A stretch of DNA of 64,000 bases from Pelagibacteraceae bacterium AG-333-C14 (GTDB taxonomy: Bacteria; Pseudomonadota; Alphaproteobacteria; Pelagibacterales; AG-422-B15), in the NCBI GenBank assembly GCA_003282485.1, contig QBZD01000001.1, positions 23,514-87,513 on the forward strand, given 5' to 3'. Below are positions 23,482 through 33,507 of this stretch, one piece after another. The stretch's first letter is position 1. Each line of letters begins with the position of its first letter. A program made the position numbers and the translations under genes. The notes beneath the pieces are model-generated. The model saw only the letters and a program-made list of their open reading frames with translations, was not told the origin of the DNA and ran no database searches.

Positions 23482-24678
23482 ATGCTGGATGTCTCTAATC
23501 TAAAAAAGATTACTGAGAAAAATAAAACTATATTAATAAGATTTGACCTTAACGTTCCACTTAATTCTATTGACGACTATATAAGTGATAGAATAATCAG
23601 AATAAAAAAACCTATTTTAAATCTGTTGAATGGAAATAATAAAGTCATTATTTTATCTCACTTGGGTAGGCCTAAAGGAAAAATAAAGAATGAACTATCA
23701 TTACAACAAGTAGTTCCTCAGCTAGAAAGAGTTCTTGAAAAAAAAATATATTTCTTACCAGATTGCATTGGAAATGAAATAAAAGACAAAATTAATTCGC
23801 TTGAAAATGGAACAGTTATTTTATTAGAAAACTGTAGATTCTATAAAGAAGAGGAAGAGAATAATCATAACTTTGCAAAACAGTTATCTGAGTTAGCTGA
23901 TGTTTATGTAAATGATGCATTCGCCTGTTCGCACCGCGCACATGCATCAATTGAGGCAATATCGCATTTCATGCCTTCATATTGTGGCGATCTTCTTGAA
24001 GAAGAAATAATTAATTTGCAAGAAGTTATTCATGAACCTCTTGGTCCCGCTCTCACAATAATAGGAGGTTCTAAAATATCCACAAAAATTACTGTTCTTA
24101 AAAATTTATCAAAAAAAATGGACACCATTGTTATAGCTGGTGGTATGGCAAATAACTTTTTGAAATATCATGGGTATAATATCCAAAAATCATTGCATGA
24201 AGAAAATGTCGATCACTTAATTGGAGAAATATTAGATTTTTCATCAAAAAATAATTGTAGGTTAGTTTTACCAATTGATGCAGTCACAGCAGATAAAATT
24301 TCAAACAAAGCAGACACTAAAGAGTCTGATATTGATAATATTGAAGAACAAAATATGATTCTGGATATAGGCAAAAATACAGTGAAATTAATAAAAAATG
24401 AAATTAGTAAATCTAAAACTGTATTCTGGAATGGTCCACTTGGAGTATTTGAAACTTCTCCGTTTGATAGGGGCACTGTGGAAATTGCGAATTTCATCAG
24501 CAATCTAACTGTAAATAATAAAATTAGGTCATTCGCTGGTGGAGGTGATACAATTTCTGCGTTGGACTTAGCCGGCGTAAAAGATAATTTTTCTTATGTT
24601 TCTACTGGCGGTGGTGCATTACTTGAGCTAATAGAAGGTAAGAAATTGCCAGGCCTAGTTGCATTAGGAATTTTATAA
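23482..24678 (+). CDS. pgk: Phosphoglycerate kinase
   Basis: RFDLNVP, ILSHLGRPKG, and the C-terminal GGGDT...STGGGALLE motifs. Confidence 0.95.
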   Translation: MLDVSNLKKITEKNKTILIRFDLNVPLNSIDDYISDRIIRIKKPILNLLNGNNKVIILSHLGRPKGKIKNELSLQQVVPQLERVLEKKIYFLPDCIGNEIKDKINSLENGTVILLENCRFYKEEEENNHNFAKQLSELADVYVNDAFACSHRAHASIEAISHFMPSYCGDLLEEEIINLQEVIHEPLGPALTIIGGSKISTKITVLKNLSKKMDTIVIAGGMANNFLKYHGYNIQKSLHEENVDHLIGEILDFSSKNNCRLVLPIDAVTADKISNKADTKESDIDNIEEQNMILDIGKNTVKLIKNEISKSKTVFWNGPLGVFETSPFDRGTVEIANFISNLTVNNKIRSFAGGGDTISALDLAGVKDNFSYVSTGGGALLELIEGKKLPGLVALGIL

Positions 24679-24690
24679 TAGGAGATTAAA

Positions 24691-25704
24691 ATGATACCAA
24701 AAACATTAGAAGAGATAGCAAGCTATATTGTAAAAGATGGCAAAGGAATACTTGCAGCTGACGAAAGCACTGGAACAATCGAAAAAAGATTTAAGTCAAT
24801 TGACGTGGAATCAACTGAAGACAATAGAAGAAAATATAGAGAAATGCTTTTTAGATCTCCTGCTATGGCAGAAGCTATCGGTGGGGTAATTCTCTTTGAT
24901 GAGACTCTAAGACAAAAGGCGCAAGATGGATCATATTTAAGAGACGTAATTTTGAGCCATGGGTCACTACCTGGAATTAAAGTAGACCAAGGCGTGAAAG
25001 AACTGGAAGATGATCCTAATGAAAAAATTACAACTGGATTAGATGGCCTGAATGATCGTTGTAGAGAATATGATACATTAGGCGCTAAGTTTACTAAATG
25101 GAGAGCGGTAATCAATATTGGTAATGGCATACCGTCTGCAAAATGTATTAATGAAAATATGTTAGCTTTATCCGAGTATGCCCTGATAGCTCAAGAAAAT
25201 AATATGGTACCAATAGTAGAGCCTGAAGTCATTATGGATGGTCCGCATACAATAGATCAATGCTATGACGTCACTAAGAATGCATTATCTGTACTTTTTG
25301 AAATGCTTGATAAAAAAAATATAAATATTAGGGGCACCCTTTTAAAACCTAACATGGTAGTTTCAGGAACAGAAAATAGTCATCAAGCAAATTATAAGGA
25401 AGTTGCAGAAAAAACCCTTGATTGCCTAAATTCGTCGGTACCTGATGAATTGCCAGGTATTGTTTTTCTATCAGGCGGTCAATCTGACATTGATGCAACG
25501 GCACACTTAGATGAAATGAATAAAATCGGTGGGTTTAAATGGAAACTAAGCTTCTCTTATGGAAGAGCATTACAGCAAGCTGCATTGAAAGCTTGGTCAG
25601 GTAATGACAGTAATCTAGAGCAAGCACAAAAAGCATTTAGCCATCGTGCGATCATGAACATGAAAGCTTCTTTAGGTGAATGGAGCGAGTCACTTGAGGC
25701 TTAA
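24691..25704 (+). CDS. fba: Fructose-bisphosphate aldolase, class I
   Basis: GKGILAADESTGTIEKRF and LLKPNMV (Schiff-base Lys region) are typical of class I aldolases. Confidence 0.9.
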   Translation: MIPKTLEEIASYIVKDGKGILAADESTGTIEKRFKSIDVESTEDNRRKYREMLFRSPAMAEAIGGVILFDETLRQKAQDGSYLRDVILSHGSLPGIKVDQGVKELEDDPNEKITTGLDGLNDRCREYDTLGAKFTKWRAVINIGNGIPSAKCINENMLALSEYALIAQENNMVPIVEPEVIMDGPHTIDQCYDVTKNALSVLFEMLDKKNINIRGTLLKPNMVVSGTENSHQANYKEVAEKTLDCLNSSVPDELPGIVFLSGGQSDIDATAHLDEMNKIGGFKWKLSFSYGRALQQAALKAWSGNDSNLEQAQKAFSHRAIMNMKASLGEWSESLEA

Positions 25705-25708
25705 TTAA

Positions 25709-26272
25709 ATGAAAATTAATGGAAATTCTGTAAAACCTGGCATGATTTTAGAGCATAAGGGTGAGTTGTGGACTGTTGCCAAATCACAATCTGTAAAGCC
25801 TGGCAAGGGTGGAGCATTTAACCAAGTTGAAATGAAAAATATTAAAACTGGATCAAAACTAAATGAAAGGTTCAGAGCCTCTGAGGAAGTGGAGCGTGTA
25901 CGGGTAGATGAAGAAAAGTACCAATATCTATATAAGCAAGATGAAAAACTAGTTTTTATGAATACGGAGTCCTACGAACAAATAGAACTGGACTCAGAAA
26001 TTGCTGGAGATCGGATGATTTTAATGAGTGAAAATGATGAAATTATAATTGAAATGTACAATGATAAAGCCATAGGAATACAACTTCCAAAAACACTCGC
26101 CTTTATTGTTAATGAAACGGAGGCGGTTGTTAAGGGTCAAACAGCAGCATCTTCAAATAAACCTGCGATATTAGAGAATGGCATAAGAGTAATGGTCCCA
26201 CCTTTTATTGAACAAGGTGAGAAAATTGAAATCAATACTGAGGACTTAACCTATTCAAAAAGAGTTGACTAA
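25709..26272 (+). CDS. efp: Elongation factor P
   Basis: 187 aa with the KPGKGGAF loop and three OB/KOW-like domains. Confidence 0.95.
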   Translation: MKINGNSVKPGMILEHKGELWTVAKSQSVKPGKGGAFNQVEMKNIKTGSKLNERFRASEEVERVRVDEEKYQYLYKQDEKLVFMNTESYEQIELDSEIAGDRMILMSENDEIIIEMYNDKAIGIQLPKTLAFIVNETEAVVKGQTAASSNKPAILENGIRVMVPPFIEQGEKIEINTEDLTYSKRVD

Positions 26273-27054
26273 TGAGTTACTCAGATCCTTATATAAATGC
26301 AATATTCCTTGCTTCACGAAAAGTAAGTAAAAATCTCATAAGGGACTTTGGAGAAGTTGAAAAATTACAGGTATCTTTAAAAGGAGTTTCTGATTTTGTT
26401 TCTTTGGCGGATACCCGAGCAGAGAAGCAAATAATAAAAGAACTTACTTATTCTTATCCTAAAATAAATATACTTGCTGAAGAAAATGGAACTATAAAAA
26501 ACTCAGACGATAATATGAGATGGATAATTGATCCTCTTGATGGTACGAGTAATTTTGTTTTTAGTATCCCCCATTTTGCGATTTCAATTGCTTTAGAAAA
26601 AGACAATGAAATTATTGTAGGTGGAGTTTATCAGCCGCTAACAGATGAATTTTTTTGGGCTGTAAAAGGAAGGGGTGCTTTTTGTAATAACCTAAGACTA
26701 AGAGTATCATCAAGGGAAAACTTAAAAGACTGTATGATTGGAACAGGCATTCCTCACAGAGGAATGAAAGGGCATGAAGAGTATTTGCCTGGACTTGGAA
26801 CAGTAATGGAAAATGTATGTGGTGTTAGAAGATTGGGTGCTGCATCTTTGGATCTAGCATATGTTGCTGCAGGCAAGTATGACGGTTATTGGGAAAAAAA
26901 CTTAAAGCTAGTTGATATCGCTGCAGGATCATTAATTGTAAAAGAGGCAGGCGGAAAAGTAACTGACTTTGAAGGAAGAGAGGAATATCTTAATTCAGGA
27001 AGGATTCTTGCAACTAACTTTAGAATTCATGACCAACTTCAAAGAATAATTTAA
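26272..27054 (+). CDS. suhB: Inositol monophosphatase family protein (SuhB-like)
   Basis: WIIDPLDGTSNF metal motif and the C-terminal WEKNLKLVDIAAG (WD-x-AAG-like) motif. Confidence 0.85.
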   Translation: MSYSDPYINAIFLASRKVSKNLIRDFGEVEKLQVSLKGVSDFVSLADTRAEKQIIKELTYSYPKINILAEENGTIKNSDDNMRWIIDPLDGTSNFVFSIPHFAISIALEKDNEIIVGGVYQPLTDEFFWAVKGRGAFCNNLRLRVSSRENLKDCMIGTGIPHRGMKGHEEYLPGLGTVMENVCGVRRLGAASLDLAYVAAGKYDGYWEKNLKLVDIAAGSLIVKEAGGKVTDFEGREEYLNSGRILATNFRIHDQLQRII

Positions 27055-27357
27055 TTAAATTTTTAGACCAAATCTATTCAAAATTTTCTTTTCAAATTTC
27101 CAAAAATATTGAAATTGACCAAAAGGAAGGGCAACTAATAACAATAATATTTGGTATATAAAAAATAAAAGAATAATTCTAATTGGCCAAAATATAATCG
27201 GATTAAAGTTTTCCTCTTTCAAGCCGATGAGTTCAAAAAATTCAACAGTTATATAAAGTGATAAAGATCCTGTGATTGCAAATACTATCATTATCAATGT
27301 AAACTGCCAAAAACTCATAATATTAAGCCTTTTCATCATTGCATTAACTATTCTCAT
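27055..27357 (-). CDS. Hypothetical small membrane protein
   Basis: 100 aa with two or three hydrophobic helices. No recognisable family. Abuts the suhB stop with zero spacer. Confidence 0.4.
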   Translation of the reverse strand: MRIVNAMMKRLNIMSFWQFTLIMIVFAITGSLSLYITVEFFELIGLKEENFNPIIFWPIRIILLFFIYQILLLLVALPFGQFQYFWKFEKKILNRFGLKI

Positions 27358-27428
27358 AGAAATTCACTAAATAAATATTGATCAGAATTATTATATAGGT
27401 TAATTAACCACAAAATTAACTAATTAAA

Positions 27429-27647
27429 ATGAAAAAAGATAAACATCCAAATTATCATACAATTAACGTTGTAATGACAGATGGTACGAAGTTTGAAACA
27501 AAGTCAACATGGGGAAAAGAAGGAGATACAATGTCTCTTGACATAGATCCTTTATCCCATCCTGCGTGGACTGGTGGGCAGCAAAAAATTCAAGATAAAG
27601 GTCAAGTAAGCAGATTTAAGAAAAGATTTAGCAATCTTAAAACTTAG
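27429..27647 (+). CDS. rpmE: 50S ribosomal protein L31 (Cys-less form)
   Basis: [10 protein letters not shown]...HPAWTGGQQ...[10 protein letters not shown] is the L31 signature. No CxxC zinc motif. Confidence 0.9.
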   Translation: MKKDKHPNYHTINVVMTDGTKFETKSTWGKEGDTMSLDIDPLSHPAWTGGQQKIQDKGQVSRFKKRFSNLKT

Positions 27648-27656
27648 ACTTCAAAC

Positions 27657-27690
27657 CTTGAAATCAAGATAATCGTCACAATATATGTCT
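27657..27690 (+). promoter_or_regulatory. Candidate sigma-32-type heat-shock promoter for hsp20
   Basis: Exact CTTGAAA (27657-27663) matches the sigma-32 -35 consensus. An A/T-rich CACAATATAT element begins about 17 nt after the CTTG. The match to the -10 consensus is only partial. Confidence 0.3.
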
Positions 27691-27774
27691 TGCTGATGGC
27701 AATTATGCATCAGCGAAAATTGCCTAGCTTAATTTAAGTAGGCTAAAATTTTAATCGCTTAAGGAGGATTAATT

Positions 27775-28203
27775 ATGACTACATTTGACTTATCACCATT
27801 ACTGCGCTCAAGCGTAGGTTTTGACGCATTTGACAATATTTTTGACTCAGTTTTTAATATGAACGAGTCTGGAAGCGCTTACCCGCCTTACAATATTGTG
27901 AAATCAGAAAATAATTATACTATAACACTTGCAGTAGCTGGCTTTTCAATGTCTGACTTAGACATTTCTGTTCAAGAAAATGAGCTAATAATCAGTGGCA
28001 AGACCAATGATTCTCAAAATAACGTTGAGTTCTTGCATAAAGGCATTGCTGGGAGAAGCTTTGAGAGAAAATTTCGACTAGCGGACACCATCAAAGTATC
28101 TGATGCAAACTATGAGAATGGTTTATTGCATGTATTTCTTGAAAGAGAAATTCCAGAACATCAAAAACCAAGAAAAATAGAAATTAATAATAAAATTAAT
28201 TAA
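27775..28203 (+). CDS. Small heat-shock protein, Hsp20/alpha-crystallin family (IbpA-like)
   Basis: 142 aa. YPPYNIVK..., AVAGFSMSDLDISVQENELIISG, F.R.F.L and GLLHVFLE are classic alpha-crystallin domain elements. Strong AAGGAGG RBS. Confidence 0.9.
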   Translation: MTTFDLSPLLRSSVGFDAFDNIFDSVFNMNESGSAYPPYNIVKSENNYTITLAVAGFSMSDLDISVQENELIISGKTNDSQNNVEFLHKGIAGRSFERKFRLADTIKVSDANYENGLLHVFLEREIPEHQKPRKIEINNKIN

Positions 28204-28212
28204 TATTAATAA

Positions 28213-28251
28213 GGAGCTGCTATAAAAATATAGCAGCTCCTCTATATTTTT
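28213..28251 (+). terminator. Rho-independent terminator after hsp20
   Basis: Perfect 12-bp inverted repeat GGAGCTGCTATA (28213-28224) / TATAGCAGCTCC (28229-28240) with an AAAA loop, followed by the T-rich TCTATATTTTT. Confidence 0.75.
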
Positions 28252-29229
28252 ATGAAAGCAATTACTTTTGACAAATTTGGAGGCCCTGAAGTCCTATATG
28301 TATCTGACAATTTAGAGACACCAATAATTAGTGATGAAGAAGTGTTAATTAAAGTTCATGCAGCAGGGATAAATAGACCAGACATATTGCAACGCATGGG
28401 TCAATATCCGCCTCCTAAAGGTGCTTCAGAGATACTTGGACTAGAGGTTTCAGGACGCATTGTAGATTGTGGCAAAGGTATTGATAAAGAACTTCTAAAT
28501 GAAAATGTTTGCGCTCTAGTAACGGGTGGTGGATATGCAGAATATGTGAAGTGCCATAAATCAACAATACTACCTATTCCTAAAGGAATTTCGCTAAGTG
28601 ATGCTTGCACTATTCCTGAAACTTTTTTTACAGTATGGACAAATTTATTTGACCTTGCGAAGCTTAAAAAGGATGAAACACTACTTATTCACGGTGGCGC
28701 TAGTGGTATTGGACTAACTGCTGTTTCAATGGCAATGGCTTTTGGAGTCAAATGCATTGTTACAGTAGGATCTGATGTAAAAGAAAAATATTTAAATTCT
28801 CTAAATGTAGATCGAGTAATTAATTATAAAACTGATGATTTTGAAAAAATAATTCTCGAAGAGTATAAAGGTGTTGATGTAATTCTGGATATTGTAGGAG
28901 GAAATTATTTCCAAAAAAATTTAAATATAATGAATCGTTTTGGTAGACTAATTAATATTGCTTATCTTCAAGGATCAAAGATTGAAGCTAATCTTCTTCC
29001 AATTATGCTAAAAAGATTAATTATTTCAGGATCTACTCTAAGAACAAGGGCAAACAAAGAAAAGGGTGAAATAGCCAAAAATCTTAAAAAGAATATTTGG
29101 CCCTTGATAGAAAATAACAATATTAAACTTCATATTGATAAAAAATTTGATATCGATGATGTCTCAAAAGCTCACCAATACATGGAAAATAACAAAAATA
29201 TAGGCAAATTAATGCTAAATTTTGAGTAA
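28252..29229 (+). CDS. qor: NADPH:quinone oxidoreductase (zeta-crystallin/MDR family)
   Basis: MDR fold without zinc ligands. INRPDILQRMGQYPPP and LIHGGASGIG nucleotide-binding motifs. Confidence 0.8.
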   Translation: MKAITFDKFGGPEVLYVSDNLETPIISDEEVLIKVHAAGINRPDILQRMGQYPPPKGASEILGLEVSGRIVDCGKGIDKELLNENVCALVTGGGYAEYVKCHKSTILPIPKGISLSDACTIPETFFTVWTNLFDLAKLKKDETLLIHGGASGIGLTAVSMAMAFGVKCIVTVGSDVKEKYLNSLNVDRVINYKTDDFEKIILEEYKGVDVILDIVGGNYFQKNLNIMNRFGRLINIAYLQGSKIEANLLPIMLKRLIISGSTLRTRANKEKGEIAKNLKKNIWPLIENNNIKLHIDKKFDIDDVSKAHQYMENNKNIGKLMLNFE

Positions 29230-29281
29230 AGCTTTGAAAAAGTGATAAATTAACATATAAGGATTTTTTTAATTACAGAAT

Positions 29282-29923
29282 ATGAAAACAATTAAACTAC
29301 CACTTATGCCAAAGGCTACTGCAATTTGGCTTGTAGATAACACTTCTCTCTCTTTCAGGCAAATTGGAGATTTCTGTGGCATGCACGAACTAGAAATCAA
29401 AGGTATAGCTGACGGCGAAGTAGGAGCAGGAATTAAAGGATTAAATCCAATCACTAGTGGCCAATTAACTAAAGAAGAAATAGATAGATGTGTAGCATCC
29501 GAAGAAGAAGAACTTAAAATCATTGAAAATGAAATCTCTGAAAAAACAGAACAATCTAAGAAAAAAAAGAAATATACACCCCTATCTAAAAGACAAGATC
29601 GCCCAGATGCTGTATATTGGTTAATAAGAAATCACCCCGAGTTGAAGGATTCTCAGGTAGCTCGTTTAGTAGGAAGTACAAAAAATACTATAGACGGTAT
29701 AAGAAAGAGAACGCATTGGAATATGGCAAACATCAGACCTCAAGACCCAATCGGTCTTGGTCTATGCAGGCAAATAGAATTAGATGAAGCTATTGAAAAA
29801 GCTGAACGCTCAATCAAGCGTGCTGAAAAGAAAAAAGCAAAAGAAGAAAAGCTAAAGTTAGAGGAAATGAATATTCAAAATGATGAGAGTCTCTCCTCTG
29901 CAAATACAACTATAGACGAATAA
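29282..29923 (+). CDS. DUF1013-family protein (alphaproteobacterial TrcR-like)
   Basis: LPLMPKATAIWLVDNTSLSFRQIGDFCGMHELEIKGIADGEV... matches my memory of the conserved DUF1013 N-terminus, which is restricted to Alphaproteobacteria. Confidence 0.65.
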   Translation: MKTIKLPLMPKATAIWLVDNTSLSFRQIGDFCGMHELEIKGIADGEVGAGIKGLNPITSGQLTKEEIDRCVASEEEELKIIENEISEKTEQSKKKKKYTPLSKRQDRPDAVYWLIRNHPELKDSQVARLVGSTKNTIDGIRKRTHWNMANIRPQDPIGLGLCRQIELDEAIEKAERSIKRAEKKKAKEEKLKLEEMNIQNDESLSSANTTIDE

Positions 29924-29932
29924 GTTTTACTG

Positions 29933-30421
29933 ATGAAAAGTTTGCCACTCGTTAGCATAATAATGGGAAGCCAATCTGATTGGCCAACAATGAAACATGC
30001 ATCAAAAATTCTAAACACTTTTAAAATCAAACATGAAGTAAAGATTATTTCAGCCCACCGCACTCCCAAAAGATTGTTCACATACGCGGAAGAGGCTGAC
30101 AAAAGAGGCATAAAAGTAATTATTGCAGGAGCTGGAGGGGCCGCTCATCTTCCTGGCATGACTGCATCAATAAGTAATTTACCTGTGCTGGGTGTTCCCG
30201 TTGAATCTAAAAAATTAAAAGGATTGGATAGCTTGTTATCAATAGCACAAATGCCAGCGGGAGTTCCTGTGGGATCACTTGCTGTGGGTGAATCAGGAGC
30301 AAAAAATGCTGCCTTATTAGCAATCTCAATATTAAGTGGAGAAGATAAAATTCTTAAAAACAAATATAAGAGTTGGCGTTTAAAGCAAACCCAGTCAGTA
30401 AATATCAAACCCAAAAAATGA
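29933..30421 (+). CDS. purE: N5-carboxyaminoimidazole ribonucleotide mutase
   Basis: [15 protein letters not shown] and [10 protein letters not shown] motifs. Confidence 0.95.
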   Translation: MKSLPLVSIIMGSQSDWPTMKHASKILNTFKIKHEVKIISAHRTPKRLFTYAEEADKRGIKVIIAGAGGAAHLPGMTASISNLPVLGVPVESKKLKGLDSLLSIAQMPAGVPVGSLAVGESGAKNAALLAISILSGEDKILKNKYKSWRLKQTQSVNIKPKK

Positions 30422-31491
30422 GTTTAAAAGTTTCCACCGTTGGCATCATTGGTGGTGGACAACTAGGCATGTTCTTAGCACATTCCTGTAGTAAGTTAGG
30501 ACTTAGAGTGTTCGTTTACTCAGACAGCAAGAAAGTTCCTGCAGAAAAATATGCTGATAAGATGTTCTATGGCTCCTTTGAAGATATTGAAAGTTTGAAA
30601 ATTTTTAGTAGTGAAGTAGATCTTATAACCTATGAATTTGAAAATGTGTCAACTGAAGCTCTTAAAAAATTAAAGAGAAAGAAAATATATCCACCTATTT
30701 CTGCGCTGACTATTAGTCAGGATAGAAAAAAAGAGAAGCAATTCTTCTCAAAAAATAAAATTAATCACGCAGGAATTAGCCTTCTAAATAAAAAGCAAAA
30801 TTTGAAAAAACTAGAATCTTCAATTCAGTATCCCGTAATATTAAAAACAACTAGATTTGGCTACGATGGCAAAGGACAAGCGTTGGTAGAAAATACTAAA
30901 AATTTAAAGAGGAAATGGAAAGAAAATAACTATCAGGAATGTATTATAGAAAGAAAGATTAATCTTAAAGAAGAAGTTTCAGTTATATGTGCGAGAGACA
31001 TTAAGCAAAATTTTTATTTTTATCCGACATTCTCTAATGTGCACAAAGATCATATACTTTTTGAAACAACATCGCCTAGTAACATAGATGCAAAAATTGA
31101 AGGAGAGTTATTAAAAATATCAAGAAGAATTATTACAAAGCTAAATTATATTGGATTATTAACGATTGAATTTTTTCTTGATAAAGAAAATAATATTTTT
31201 GTTAATGAAATTGCTCCAAGAGTTCACAATTCTGGTCATATAACACTGGATAATGCGAACATAAGCCAATTTGAGTTGCATATAAGAGCCATTACAGGAA
31301 AAAAAATTCTTAAGCCCAAAATACTTAAAAAAGGACTTATGAGAAATCTCATAGGTAATGAAATAAAAAAAGTAAGTAGAATAAAATATATAAGGAGGTA
31401 TAAAGGCTTCAAAAAAAGTATTAAGTATGACTATGGCAAAAAGATCGTAAAAGGTGGCCGGAAAATGGGTCACATTAATTTTATCTCATAA
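30418..31491 (+). CDS. purK: N5-carboxyaminoimidazole ribonucleotide synthase (ATP-grasp)
   Basis: [12 protein letters not shown] start, ATP-grasp core (YDGKGQ) and [13 protein letters not shown] place the start at the ATG 30418, which forms an ATGA overlap with the purE stop. The track ORF begins upstream at 30373, inside purE. Confidence 0.9.
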   Translation: MSLKVSTVGIIGGGQLGMFLAHSCSKLGLRVFVYSDSKKVPAEKYADKMFYGSFEDIESLKIFSSEVDLITYEFENVSTEALKKLKRKKIYPPISALTISQDRKKEKQFFSKNKINHAGISLLNKKQNLKKLESSIQYPVILKTTRFGYDGKGQALVENTKNLKRKWKENNYQECIIERKINLKEEVSVICARDIKQNFYFYPTFSNVHKDHILFETTSPSNIDAKIEGELLKISRRIITKLNYIGLLTIEFFLDKENNIFVNEIAPRVHNSGHITLDNANISQFELHIRAITGKKILKPKILKKGLMRNLIGNEIKKVSRIKYIRRYKGFKKSIKYDYGKKIVKGGRKMGHINFIS

Positions 31492-31578
31492 CTGAATTTA
31501 ATTTTATTTGGCTAGACAAAGGAATTCCAAGATGGTAAAAACCCCCAAACTTGAAACGCTCTTAAGGAGGGCAGAACA

Positions 31579-31776
31579 ATAGTTGAAGTAAGTGTAAAAG
31601 ATAATAACGTTGAAGGAGCTTTACGCATCCTCAAGAAAAAAATGCAAAGAGAAGGTATTTTTAAAGAAATGAAAATGAGAACTTACTTCGAAAAGCCTAG
31701 TCAGAAAAAATTAAGAGAAAAAGCGGAAAACATTCGTCGTTCTCGAAAAATGGCTAGAAGAAAATTATACAGCTAA
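31579..31776 (+). CDS. rpsU: 30S ribosomal protein S21; no canonical start codon, putative ATA start
   Basis: Not in the ORF track. Frame translation (I)[64 protein letters not shown] is an unmistakable alpha-type S21. The frame is closed by TGA at 31552-31554, and no ATG/GTG/TTG lies before the conserved N-terminus. AAGGAGG (31564-31570) sits 8 nt upstream of ATA 31579. Confidence 0.8.
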   Translation: MVEVSVKDNNVEGALRILKKKMQREGIFKEMKMRTYFEKPSQKKLREKAENIRRSRKMARRKLYS

Positions 31777-31782
31777 GAATAG

Positions 31783-33183
31783 CTATAAAGCCTTAACGAT
31801 ACCCTCAACCATCTTTTTAGCATCAGAGAAAAGCATCATTGTATTATCTCTGTAAAACAGTTCATTATCTACCCCTGCGTAACCTAAGCCTCTACCCCTC
31901 TTAACAAATAAAACTGTATTTGCATTTTCTACATCAAGTATTGGCATTCCATAAATTGGTGAGGATGGGTCAGTTTTAGCTATAGGATTAGTTACGTCAT
32001 TCGCTCCAATTACAAATGCTACATCTGCTTGAGAAAATTCTGAATTAATATCTTCCAATTCAAAAACATCATCATATGGAACATTAGCCTCTGCTAACAA
32101 AACATTCATATGGCCAGGCATTCTTCCTGCAACGGGGTGAATTGCAAAAGTTACTTTGACACCATTTTTTTTCAAGGCATCAGTCATCTCTTTTAGTACG
32201 TGCTGAGCTTGAGCTACTGCCATTCCATAACCTGGTACGATTATTACAGATCCTGCATTCTTCATAATAAAAGCTGCATCATCAAAGCCGCCTTCTTTTA
32301 CTGGTCGTTGCTCAACATCCTTATTAACTGCAATATCATCACCCCCAAAACCACCTAGTATTACACTTATGAATGATCTATTCATTGCGGCACACATTAT
32401 ATATGAAAGTATTGCGCCAGACGATCCAACTAATGCACCAGTAATTATTAGAGCTGTATTCCCAAGTGTAAACCCGATACCCGCTGCAGCCCATCCTGAA
32501 TATGAATTAAGCATAGATACAACCACTGGCATATCAGCGCCACCAATCGGGATAATAATTAAGAAACCAATTAAAAATGATAGTGCGATAATTGTTAAAT
32601 ATATCTTTTGGTCTTGGTTGAAGCAAAAATAAACGATACCTGCTATGATTATAATCCCAATAAGTAAATTGAGCATGTGTTGGCCTTTAAATACTATCGG
32701 GGAACCAGACATTATTCCTTGAAGTTTACCAAATGCAATGACAGAGCCTGAAAAAGTGATTGCACCTATCACTGCTCCTAAAGACATTTCAACTAAACTT
32801 AGAGTTTTTATATTTCCCAAGGTCCCAATTTTAAATGCCTCAGGTGCATAAAATGCAGCTAGCGCAACAAATACAGCAGCTAAACCAACAAGGCTATGGA
32901 AGCCTGCAACTAATTGTGGCATGTCCGTCATAGCAATTCTTTTCGCAATAATTGCCCCTACTATTCCACCAATAGCAATTGCAACTATAACGAATATAAC
33001 TGTTTGAATATCTGAAGTAAAAAAATTAACCGAAAATAAAGTTGCTAAAATAGCTATTACCATTCCTAAGATTCCAAAGATATTTCCCCTTCTAGAACTC
33101 TCTGGAGAAGAAAGCCCTCTTAAGGCAATTATGAAAAATACACCAGAAACAACATACGCAATGGCAACTAGGTTTGTGAGCAT
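31783..33183 (-). CDS. pntB: NAD(P) transhydrogenase subunit beta
   Basis: Multi-TM N-terminal part plus the NADP(H)-binding dIII domain ([29 protein letters not shown]). Confidence 0.95.
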   Translation of the reverse strand: MLTNLVAIAYVVSGVFFIIALRGLSSPESSRRGNIFGILGMVIAILATLFSVNFFTSDIQTVIFVIVAIAIGGIVGAIIAKRIAMTDMPQLVAGFHSLVGLAAVFVALAAFYAPEAFKIGTLGNIKTLSLVEMSLGAVIGAITFSGSVIAFGKLQGIMSGSPIVFKGQHMLNLLIGIIIIAGIVYFCFNQDQKIYLTIIALSFLIGFLIIIPIGGADMPVVVSMLNSYSGWAAAGIGFTLGNTALIITGALVGSSGAILSYIMCAAMNRSFISVILGGFGGDDIAVNKDVEQRPVKEGGFDDAAFIMKNAGSVIIVPGYGMAVAQAQHVLKEMTDALKKNGVKVTFAIHPVAGRMPGHMNVLLAEANVPYDDVFELEDINSEFSQADVAFVIGANDVTNPIAKTDPSSPIYGMPILDVENANTVLFVKRGRGLGYAGVDNELFYRDNTMMLFSDAKKMVEGIVKAL

Positions 33184-33507
33184 TTATTCTTTATCCTCTT
33201 TCTTTGGTTTTTTCTTGTACATCGCTAGCATTCTTTGCGTTACTAGAAACCCCCCAAATATATTCACAGCGGCTAAAAGCACAGCAAGGAAGCCAAAGCC
33301 TTTAGAGATATTTCCTAAAAGTGATAGATCATTGCTGAGAACTAGAGCAAATAATCCACCAACAATTATAACTGATGATATTGCATTTGTGACTGCCATC
33401 AAAGGTGTGTGTAAGGCAGGTGTAACGCTCCATACGACGTAGTATCCAATAAAAATCGATAAAACAAATATTGTTAGTCTAAAAATATTTGGATCAACTA
33501 ATTCCAT
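33184..33507 (-). CDS. pntAB: NAD(P) transhydrogenase subunit alpha part 2 (membrane part)
   Basis: 107 aa with 3-4 TM helices and the TPLMAVTNAISS motif. Sits between pntAA and pntB, the split-alpha arrangement typical of Alphaproteobacteria. Confidence 0.9.
   Translation of the reverse strand: MELVDPNIFRLTIFVLSIFIGYYVVWSVTPALHTPLMAVTNAISSVIIVGGLFALVLSNDLSLLGNISKGFGFLAVLLAAVNIFGGFLVTQRMLAMYKKKPKKEDKE

Noticed and set aside
30373-30417. An upstream extension of purK (track ORF starts at 30373, [15 protein letters not shown]...).
   Set aside because: The extension lies entirely inside purE in another frame. The ATG at 30418 gives the canonical [18 protein letters not shown]-terminus and an ATGA overlap with the purE stop.
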